Source: an uncultured cyanobacterium
GTDB taxonomy: Bacteria; Cyanobacteriota; Cyanobacteriia; Cyanobacteriales; Microcystaceae
Assembly (NCBI GenBank): GCA_963807635.1
Contig: CAWEDJ010000106.1
Location: forward strand, 1 to 49,479
Length of the DNA: 49,479 nucleotides
Direction: 5' to 3'
Shown: positions 8,981 to 17,633 of the stretch, in pieces
Layout of the letters: each line of letters begins with the position of its first letter
Position numbering within the stretch: position 1 is the stretch's first letter
Program-made: the position numbers and the translations under genes
The notes under the pieces: model-generated
What the model saw: only the letters and a program-made list of their open reading frames with translations
The model's database searches: none
Told to the model about the DNA's origin: nothing

Positions 8981-9632
8981 GAATTGGATCTAATCTCCAC
9001 AAGAGGATAACCAAACCTAAGACAAACCCACTCCCGAAAACTGTTCCTTGTTAGCGCACCAAGCCAGCAAAAGTGCTGATCCGCTATCCATTAGTCTGGA
9101 TTTCTGAGTGAATTGTCAAAAGGATTAAAAATAATTTACAAACCTTAATAGTTATACCACGACAACGGTGCTTTCTTGCTGTAATTTTGGCTTGCTCCGA
9201 CCCGAACTCCCATCAACTAGGTGGTCTTCATCGGCTTTATCGTTGGAGAATTTTCTTTACGGAATCATTCGTCACTCAGTTAGAAAATTTGTGAAAATCC
9301 TTTCAGCCGCGTGATCTCCCTAAGTGCGTAGGTAAAGGGTCATCATGAACTGTAAGGAGTTAACCCCCTTAAGTGCGTAAGTAGTTAGCGGTCGCCTGTC
9401 ATAAAATGTAAGGGACAATAGACATCTTTCTCGTCAATAGGCTGAAATTTTTGCGAGCCTATCCCCAAAAAATATTCTGCTGATTTACTTGATTTGACAG
9501 TCATTAAAAAAGCTCATTAAAAGCTTATAACGTAGAGATTTTAGGGGATGTTTTTATCATCACCCAAGTCCTAAAACCTCTGTACAAAAATGTTCTAAAA
9601 AGTGGCTCTGTTTTTTCAAACAAGCAGAAGTC

Positions 9633-9709
9633 CTTTAAAAAAACTTTAAAAAAACTTTAAAGATACTTTAAAAATTCTTTAAAAAGACTTTGAAGATGCT
9701 TTAAAAATG
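9633..9709. repeat. Tandem array of seven 11-bp units (CTTTAAARANN)
   Basis: CTTT starts at 9633, 9644, 9655, 9666, 9677, 9688, 9699. Confidence 0.85.
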
Positions 9710-9873
9710 AGATCCTTTATCGCAATATTTCAGTTAAAAGAGTTGCAAAAAAAGGGGTTAAACCCTCTTTTATAGGGATTTTTGTTAGTCTGTTTATACG
9801 AAAACTTTTGTAAAGTCAAGATTTTTTCAATTAAATTCTTTTAAAAAATCTTAAATTCTTCTTTACAAAGTCC

Positions 9874-9902
9874 TTGCATTCGATTACATTCTCCGTTATT
9901 GT
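9874..9902 (+). promoter_or_regulatory. Candidate sigma70-type promoter for the PEP-CTERM gene
   Basis: TTGCAT (9874-9879), 17-nt spacer, TATTGT (9897-9902). Confidence 0.45.
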
Positions 9903-10110
9903 ACTGAGAGATTTGTATGAATTGATACTGACACTCATATAAAAAGTTCTCAGTATCCCTTAAATATCTAAGACTTAACCTAACTAAGTTCAGAGCCAAC
10001 CGCCCTCACCAGCGTAAGTGTTGGCGCAATATAAAAAATTTGAATCCTCTTATTTTCGAGTTTATAGATTAAGTTAGTTTATTCGCTGATTAATGTTTCT
10101 GAGATTCGTT

Positions 10111-11025
10111 ATGTCTTATTCTTTCCTAAATTCCAAGTCAATTATCCCAGCGAAAATCTTTGCGACGGCAGGAATTTTTGCAACGGTTATTCAAGTTCTA
10201 CCTGCTCAAGCGGCGACTCTAGATTGGGGAACGCTTAAAAGTTCTACTGCTTTTGCGGGTACGATTAGCGCATCAAACACTATCAGTGTTAGCGGAGGAG
10301 GAACTGTTAATCTTGAATTGGGAACGATTCCGGATATCAACAATGTCACCCGAACATTAGGAACAGGTTCTCAGTTCGCCGTTGGCCCGAACAACGCACC
10401 TACACCCAGTATTGACCCCCTGTTAAATGGAACATTGCCAAATACTTCCCCCTCCCTCTATTTTCAACAAGATTCTAATGCTGTCGCCAATGCGGTCTAT
10501 GCAGGCTTTAAATTTAACAATCCAGGCGGAGTAAGCGGATTAACCTTTACCCTGTTTGATATTGATAATTCGAGTGGTTCGTTAACGAGTAATAGCTGGC
10601 AAGACCGAGTAATTGTCCGAGGTTTGTTCAATGGAGTGGCAGTTTTACCCACAGTTTCCGCCGTCAGTACTTTTGTCAATGCTTCCACTGGGAACATCAG
10701 CATTAATGGAGTAGGTACGGGCTATGCGGGAGCCAATATCAGTGGAGCAACGGTTTTAGATGGGACTAAATCTGTAAATAATGATTCATCGAATAATGGA
10801 AATGTGACGATTTCCTTTGCTGGACCTGTCGATCAGCTTTATATTGACTTTACTCAAGCTCCAGGTTCACTCAGTGGTTCTAACCCAGCCAGTCATGGTA
10901 TCGGCATTGGTAATATGACCTATCAAGCTGTCCCCGAACCTCTAACCGTTTTAGGGGCGGCAACCGCGATCGCCTTTGGAACTGCTTTCAAACGACGCTC
11001 TAATCAATCAAAGAACAAAGAGTAG
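10111..11025 (+). CDS. PEP-CTERM sorting domain surface protein
   Basis: Signal peptide ending PAQA-A, S/T/N/G-rich body, C-terminal VPEPLTVLGAATAIAFGTAFKRR. Confidence 0.9.
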   Translation: MSYSFLNSKSIIPAKIFATAGIFATVIQVLPAQAATLDWGTLKSSTAFAGTISASNTISVSGGGTVNLELGTIPDINNVTRTLGTGSQFAVGPNNAPTPSIDPLLNGTLPNTSPSLYFQQDSNAVANAVYAGFKFNNPGGVSGLTFTLFDIDNSSGSLTSNSWQDRVIVRGLFNGVAVLPTVSAVSTFVNASTGNISINGVGTGYAGANISGATVLDGTKSVNNDSSNNGNVTISFAGPVDQLYIDFTQAPGSLSGSNPASHGIGIGNMTYQAVPEPLTVLGAATAIAFGTAFKRRSNQSKNKE

Positions 11026-11039
11026 TGATTGATTTAAGG

Positions 11040-11798
11040 TTAATTTTTGCGGGAAGACGAAAAAAACTTTTGTTTTAGAATCAGAAATAAAAAAGGCAAA
11101 TCATCAACCAAATAACGTTTCCACAGTCGCTTCGGTTCCATTGCCAAGCGATATAACCACTCTATCCCCATTGCACTCACCCACTTAGGTGAACGGGATA
11201 GACAGCCCGCCTCAAAATCAATGGTTGCACCAATAGAGAGAAAAATTTTAATATTAGGCAAATAGGATTTGTACTTAAAAATCCATTTTTCTTGTTTCGG
11301 AGCTCCCACCCCAACCGCTAGAACCGTTGCCCCTGAAGAGCGTATTTTTTCAACAATCATTTGACATTCTGCTTCATTTTTTTCAAACCCAAAGGAAGGA
11401 GAGTAGGCTTCTACCACAATCTCTCGCCCGATTTTTCGATTAATATTAATTTGGGCTTGGTGAGCCACACCTTCTTTTCCCCCTAAAAGAAATATTTTAA
11501 CCGCCTGATTATCTCTATTGTATTGACAAAAAGCAGGAAACAAATCCGAACCCGAAATCTTTTCTCGTATGGGCTGCCCTAGAAAATAAGAAGCATATTG
11601 AACAATTTTGCTATCACAAACGGCATAATCGGCATTTTTATAAACTTCTCGAAAATCTGCTTCCTTTTGTAATCGCATTAAATGATCCACATTAGGAGTG
11701 ACAACTGTACCACCATAGATACTGAGTTTCTCTAATAATTCAATCATGGACAGATTATGTATCGTGATACCCAGAATGACGACACTGTGTTGATTCAT
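11040..11798 (-). CDS. WecB/TagA/CpsF family glycosyltransferase
   Basis: VVTPNVDH, EKISGSDL, VGVGAPKQEKW, GATIDFEAG, GIEWLYRLAMEPKRLWKRY. Confidence 0.92.
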   Translation of the reverse strand: MNQHSVVILGITIHNLSMIELLEKLSIYGGTVVTPNVDHLMRLQKEADFREVYKNADYAVCDSKIVQYASYFLGQPIREKISGSDLFPAFCQYNRDNQAVKIFLLGGKEGVAHQAQININRKIGREIVVEAYSPSFGFEKNEAECQMIVEKIRSSGATVLAVGVGAPKQEKWIFKYKSYLPNIKIFLSIGATIDFEAGCLSRSPKWVSAMGIEWLYRLAMEPKRLWKRYLVDDLPFLFLILKQKFFSSSRKN

Positions 11799-11989
11799 AG
11801 TAATTCCTTTCATCGTGAAATTTTCAGAAGGTGAAAATAACAAGATTAAAAAGTTTATTGAAAGGAGTTTATTGGAAAGAATTAAAAAGAGATTAAAAAG
11901 GATTTTAAAATGGCATAAAATTTATAGCAAATATCTTAGCATCTTTTTTCCTATTTTTAAAGCGATAAAAAAAGGAACTATGTTCGGAT

Positions 11990-13062
11990 TTAAAATAGTT
12001 GCCAATCGTCTGATTTTAACCGTTTTAATCGTTCTAAGCGGTGATTGAAATAAAAGGGATCTAGACGACTATAATTGTGCATTTGCATGGTAGTCAAACA
12101 AATTGCCCAAGACCAAATATAGGCTGTCTGGGTAAAAGCCTGGAGGCTTGATAGTTCAAGCTCACTTAGGGTTTCAACGGTTTGATATCCATCTAAAAAT
12201 GCGTCCCTGACCTTGCGGCTTAAACCTGATTGTAAGGAAACCTGTAGAAATTTCCCAATATCAAAGGCTCGCCAGCCATAGCCGCATTGATCAAAATCAA
12301 ACAATGTTACTTGATTATCTTCGGTAAAATGCACATTTCCACTGTGAGGATCGCCCCAACAGATTCCCCAGTAGGGTTCTTCCATCGGTAATTGGTTGAT
12401 TTGACGCTTGATCTGCGCGATCGCGTCTTTAAGATAATGTAACTCACAGGTCTTGTGCTGTAAAAAAGGCGTAATCTTTTCTAGGGATTCATCCAAGAGA
12501 TGATTGGGCGTGAGGGGTTGACGCTGGACAAAAGACTTAAATTTACGACCTTTTTGATGAAGTTGGGCAACGGTCTGACCCAGTAAAAAACTCTGGGTGA
12601 GATTCAAGTCTCCCATCGGCACCGCCCCTGGCGCAAAGGGAAATAGGGCGGCGTAACGCTTGCCTTCGGGGGCATGAATTTCTACACAAAGCTGATTGGC
12701 TTTTGTTTTCAGGGGAACAGAAATGGGTAAAGAATGGTCTCCTAAAAAGGTCAGTAAACTCAGTTCAAAATGAATATCCGACTGATTACGCCAATGGTGA
12801 TGGGAAATTCTCAGGATATAGTGTTGGGTCAACGTTTCGACGAGGTAAACATCACTCAGCCCCCGATGCCAAAATCGACAATCATTAATCACCTTAATTT
12901 CGTAATGTTCTTCTACTAGAGAACAGAGAGCTTGGGTTGCTAAGGTTGAATAGACGACGGGAAATAAATCCTGTTGAGATCCTGGGCATGGTGATCTTTT
13001 TTTTGCGATGCAATCTGTTGAGAATCTTTAGATACTAAGGATAGGTCTCTGAGGAGTTGCAT
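11990..13062 (-). CDS. Phosphotransferase (APH / homoserine kinase type II-like), apparent frameshift at the T8 run 12997-13004
   Basis: CWGDPHSGN and LFDFDQCGYG motifs; frame continues upstream of 12892 (LFPVVYSTLA); ATG at 13062 joins after one indel. Confidence 0.8.
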
Positions 13063-13292
13063 AAATTGGTTCCTCTTGTTTAAGATCTTTCTGGTAAGTT
13101 ATGTTAAATGTTTTTAATAAAGTTAAGGCTAGTCAATATTTGGGTTTTATTCAGCGATTTAAAGATAATAAATAAAGTTTTATCAATGGTATTGAGTAGA
13201 TAGTATCCGATAATTCACCAATGGTTAGGTTCTGTTTAACGAAAAATCTCCATTCCTAGTCCCTAATCTAGGCTCATTGGGGTCATCACTCC

Positions 13293-13306
13293 GTATCCTA
13301 AGTTAC
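13293..13306. promoter_or_regulatory. Candidate NtcA box
   Basis: GTA-TCCTAAGT-TAC (GTA-N8-TAC) about 60 bp upstream of the peptide-binding protein gene; -10 spacing is not canonical. Confidence 0.4.
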
Positions 13307-13366
13307 ACTTCTTTGACTTTCCTTTATGATTAAGCTGAAGACTGATTCTGAGGAGTGGATATTACA

Positions 13367-15120
13367 GTGACAAAAGCAATTATCAATGGTCAATTTGGCA
13401 GGGTTTATTCGATTCTTTGGCCTGGGGACTCCTACCCTTGGTCGTGACAGGCTGTCAATCTCCCTCCGTTAGTCCACCTCCTCAACCCCAGGCACTCGCG
13501 AATTCCCAAACGTTAAAATTACTCTCCTGGCAAGCTCCGACCATTCTTAATCCCCATCTCTCTACAGGATTTAAAGATGCAGAAGCCAGTCGGATTACCC
13601 TGGAACCCTTGGCGACTTTCGATAAAAATGGTCAATTAGTCCCCTTTCTCGCGGCGGAGATTCCTTCTCTGATTAATGGCGGACTGAGTAAGGATGGTAA
13701 AGCTGTGACATGGAAGCTCAAAAAAGGGGTTAAATGGTCGGATGGTAAGCCTTTTACGGCCAAAGATGTGGTGTTTACCTACCAATTTATTACTAATCCT
13801 AAAGTGGGTTCGACTAGTGCGGGCAGTTATGAAGCGGTTAAACAAGTAGAAGCTCTAAATGATCATACGGTAAAAATTAGTTTTAAAACACCGACTCCTG
13901 CTTGGTTTCTGCCCTTTGTTGGCAGTGAGGGAATGATTTTACCCAGTCATTTATTTGCTTCCTATAATGGTGAAAATGCGAGACAGGCTCCTAATAATTT
14001 AATGGCGATCGGGACAGGCCCCTACAAAGTTGTTCTTTTTAAGCCAGGGGATATCGTCGTTTATGAACCGAATAATAATTTTCGAGAATCTAATCAATTA
14101 GCGTTTAAAAAAATTGAATTAAAAGGAGGAGGAGATGCGACTTCGGCGGCGCGGGCTGTATTGCAAACAGGGGATGCGGATTATGGATTTAATTTACAGG
14201 TTGAAGCTCCGATTTTAAAAGAATTGGAAGCGGCGGGAAAAGGAAAAGTGGTGGCAAATTTGGGATCGTTGAGTGAGCGTATTACTTTAAATCTGACTGA
14301 TCCAAATCGAGTGACGGATAAAGGTGAGCGGTCTAGTTTACAATTTCCCCATCCCTTTCTTCAGGATAAAAAAGTTCGGGAGGCCTTTGCTTTAGCAGTA
14401 GATCGAACGGCGATCGCCGAGCAACTGTATGGGGTGACGGGAAAAGCGACGGCCAATATTTTGCTCTTGCCCCAGGAATATTATTCACCGAATACGAAGT
14501 ACGAATTTAATCTAAAAAAAGCGGCTGATTTGTTAGATAAAACGGGTTGGAAAGATAGCAATAATGATGGAATTCGGGATAAAAATGGGGTAGAAATGAA
14601 AGTTGTTTATCAGACTAGTGTTAATCCCCTCCGTCAGAAAACGCAACAGGTTGTCAAGCAAGGATTGCAATCTATCGGCATTAATGTAGAACTCAAAAGT
14701 ATTGATGCCAGTATCTTTTTCTCTAGTGATCCTGCTAATACGGATACGGTAGAACAATTTAATGCGGATTTACAAATGTTTACTACTGGAAATTCTAATC
14801 CCGATCCCAGTAAGTCAATGCAGGGGTTTACTTGCACAGCAATTCCTACCAAAGCGAATAATTGGACAGGCGATAATTACGGACGTTATTGTAACCCTGA
14901 ATTCGATAAACTTTGGCAAAAATCTCAACAGGAATTAGACCCGAAAAAACGACAAGAATTATTTATTGCGATGAATAATATGCTTATTAATAATTTCATT
15001 ATTATTCCCCTAGTGCATCGAGCGGATGTAGTCGGTGTGGGAAAGACTTTGATCGGGGTTGATCTCACGCCCTGGGACAGAAATACTTGGAATATTAAGG
15101 ATTGGAAACGGGGCAGTTAA
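13367..15120 (+). CDS. Peptide ABC transporter substrate-binding lipoprotein (OppA/DppA family)
   Basis: Lipobox VTGC, LKKGVKWSDGKPFTAKDVVFT, IGTGPY; GTG 13367 after GAGGAG joins ORF 13417 if one A is missing in the run at 13372-13375. Confidence 0.9.
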
Positions 15121-15146
15121 AAGGGTTACTTTTGGGCGGAAGTTTC

Positions 15147-15169
15147 GGGTGCAAGCCTTGCGCCCCTAC
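15147..15169 (-). repeat. Single GTAG-type REP palindrome
   Basis: Minus strand GTAG-GGGCGCAA-GGC-TTGCACCC, between convergent genes. Confidence 0.65.
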
Positions 15170-15190
15170 TGAAATTTATCGCTGTAGTGA

Positions 15191-15789
15191 CTATTTGATA
15201 TCGTTTTTCTGATTGATTTCATTCCTTGGTAAGGACAAATCGATATTTATACCTCGGTCATAGATAATCAGATCCCATTGACCCGAACGATTAGTTTCAA
15301 AGGAAATAAAACGACCATTGCCGCTAATGCTAGGACGACGCATTTCTCCTGGCAAATTTTGGGTAATATTCTTGGCTTCAAAGGTTTGTCGGTCATAAAA
15401 CCAAATATCGGATTTTCCCGATTGCTCAGAAACATAAACCAGATAACGTCCATCGGCACTGATATCGGGTTGATCTTGAAAATTATTGGGTTGATTGACT
15501 CCAGGTAAGGGAACGACGCGACGGTCAAGCAGATCGTAAAGCCAGATTCCCCGTTGTCTGCCGCGATCGGAGGCAAACACTAAATAGCGACCATCATAGG
15601 AAAGACGGGAATTTTGTTCATTTCTGGTAGTATTCAGAGAAGATCGAAGATCCTGGGGGGTGGTGCAATAAAACCTGTTTCCTGACAACTCCCTAAACCC
15701 ATGACTAAGGCGATCGCAACGAATAACGCCATTCCCTGAATGAGTCCAAACGGTTTCCTAAAATTATTTAATTTAGGATAAGACTTCAT
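15191..15789 (-). CDS. TolB-like (PD40 repeat) putative lipoprotein, apparent frameshift at G5 15656-15660
   Basis: MKSYPK...LVMGLGSC signal in ORF 15634..15840; repeats LSYDGRYLVFASDR, PDISADGRYLVY, PSISGNGRFISF in ORF 15191..15688. Confidence 0.8.
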
Positions 15790-16063
15790 GGGAATTAGTC
15801 GTCTGAACAGGGAGAGGCAGGACGCAACAATTGACATCATTTAAACAGACTTTTCCCCACTGCAAACCCCAACGGACTAACTCTACTCGATTATCGGTTT
15901 TGGTTTTAGTCAGAATATGGCTAATGTGATTATCAACCGTTCGTTTACTAATTTCTAGCTTTTCAGAAATTTCTAAATTGGTCAATCCGATGGCAACTAA
16001 TTCTAGAATTTCGATTTCACGTCCCGACAGAGAAACGGGGACTTGGGATTTGCTGCTCATCAT
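15773..16063 (-). CDS. pedR: Small LuxR-type regulator PedR
   Basis: Stand-alone LuxR HTH (LSGREIEILELVAIGLTN...SKRTVDNHI) with C-terminal WGKVCLNDVNCC cysteines; overlaps the TolB-like gene. Confidence 0.85.
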   Translation of the reverse strand: MMSSKSQVPVSLSGREIEILELVAIGLTNLEISEKLEISKRTVDNHISHILTKTKTDNRVELVRWGLQWGKVCLNDVNCCVLPLPVQTTNSHEVLS

Positions 16064-16133
16064 AGGTCTACCTGCGAGTATATATACTTATTTTTATTCT
16101 AGAAGATAGAGGCAAGAAGAGTATATGGGTTTT

Positions 16134-17369
16134 CTAAATTTGAGCAATGTTGTTGGAATTTGACGAACAACAGAATTTCTCTACACAACGCACAAAAATT
16201 TCTACCCCCGTTGCGAGAACGGTTTCATCAAAATCAAAACGGGGATGGTGGTGGGGATAGTGTAAGCCGAAATTCGCATTGGCAGACCCCAAAAAGAAAT
16301 AACACCCTGGAACTTCTTTCAGGAAAAAAGACATATCTTCGCCGCCCATTGTATGACACTCTGGTACAACTCCCGCAGGGGTTTCCACGACTTCTAGGGC
16401 TACAGAACGCACGAGATCGGTTATTTGAGCATCGTTGATTACAGGAGGATATAACTGCCAATAATCCAATTCGTAAGTCGCGCCGTGAGCCTGGCAAATG
16501 CCGCAAATAATGGTTTCTAGTCGATGGGGAAAATATCCATCAAAACTGGGGTTAAAGTAACGAACAGTGCCGCTCATCCTAGCACTATCCGCAATCACAT
16601 TTCGGGCAGTTCCTGCGTGCAATTCTCCAATGGTGACAACGGCAGAATCGAGGGGATTCACGTTGCGAGCGACAATCGTTTGGAGGGCATTGACGATCTG
16701 GGAACTCACCACCACTGAGTCAACGGTTTGATGAGGCATGGCCCCATGACCGCCCCGACCGAAAATTTTACATTCAAAATAATCCGACGCGGCCATTAAC
16801 GCTCCCGTCCGCACGCCAACCGTTCCAATGGGCAAATTATTCCAGAGGTGCAAACCAATAATGGCATCCACGTCAGGATTTTTGAGGACTCCTTCCTCAA
16901 TCATGGGCTTGGCTCCCCCTGGCCCTTCTTCTGCGGGTTGAAAAATAATTTTGACCGTTCCTTCAAAGTCGTCTCGATGTTGCGATAAATAGTAAGCCGT
17001 CCCTAACGCGATCGCGGTATGACCGTCATGACCACAGGCGTGCATAATGCCTGGATGTTGGGAGCAATAGGAAACCTCATTTTCTTCCTGAATCGGTAAG
17101 GCATCCATATCTGCCCTAATGGCGAGGACAGGGCCAGGGCGAGAACCTTTAATTGTGGCGACAATCCCTGTTTTGGCGATGCCCGTTTGATGCTCAATGC
17201 CCATTTCCGTCAATTTCTCCGCAAGGAAAGCTGAGGTTAATTGTTCCTTAAAAGCTAACTCTGGGTGTTGGTGAATTTGTCTTCGCCATTGCACGATTTG
17301 AGGCTGAAGTGCGCGGACTGCTAAACGAACCGAAGAAGAGTTAAGGGAATGGGGCAGAGTGGAAATCAT
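16134..17369 (-). CDS. M20 family amidohydrolase (N-acyl-L-amino acid amidohydrolase)
   Basis: RADMDALP, MHACGHDGH, FQPAEEG, GRGGHGA, MGGEDMS, HHPRFDFDE. Confidence 0.92.
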   Translation of the reverse strand: MISTLPHSLNSSSVRLAVRALQPQIVQWRRQIHQHPELAFKEQLTSAFLAEKLTEMGIEHQTGIAKTGIVATIKGSRPGPVLAIRADMDALPIQEENEVSYCSQHPGIMHACGHDGHTAIALGTAYYLSQHRDDFEGTVKIIFQPAEEGPGGAKPMIEEGVLKNPDVDAIIGLHLWNNLPIGTVGVRTGALMAASDYFECKIFGRGGHGAMPHQTVDSVVVSSQIVNALQTIVARNVNPLDSAVVTIGELHAGTARNVIADSARMSGTVRYFNPSFDGYFPHRLETIICGICQAHGATYELDYWQLYPPVINDAQITDLVRSVALEVVETPAGVVPECHTMGGEDMSFFLKEVPGCYFFLGSANANFGLHYPHHHPRFDFDETVLATGVEIFVRCVEKFCCSSNSNNIAQI

Positions 17370-17472
17370 AAATGAGGAGAAATCGCAAGTTGCTTTCGGA
17401 ATTGGGAAGAAGTTATCAGAAATATCATTATTTATCTTTAAATTATAGCAGATCCTTTCAGACTATTGTGAA

Positions 17473-17574
17473 TAAGCGGTTAATTATCGAAAATACATAC
17501 AGGCAAGGGGCTTAAGCCCCTTGTTACAAGACTTTCAACAGAATCATTATGCAATCCAAATTTGTGACAGCTTA
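17473..17574. mobile_element. MITE-like dispersed repeat family B, copy 1
   Basis: TAAGCGGT...ACAGCTTA termini, internal CAAGGGGCTTAAGCCCCTTG palindrome; reverse-complement copy at 33467..33566. Confidence 0.72.
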
Positions 17575-17633
17575 CCGACTTCTGTTGGGAAATGTTTGGA
17601 GAATTAAGAAATTCATTTAAAAACTTTCTGAAG

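Noticed and set aside
9318..9709. Repeats in the long intergenic region as a CRISPR array
   Set aside because: Units are 11 bp without spacers, or only two degenerate copies; no 25-40-bp repeat/spacer pattern and no cas genes
9974..9981. Pho box CTTAACCT
   Set aside because: Single unit with no partner at 11-bp spacing
8981..10110. AT-rich 1.1-kb gap as a replication origin
   Set aside because: No clustered TTWTCCACA DnaA boxes seen and no dnaA, dnaN or rep gene adjacent
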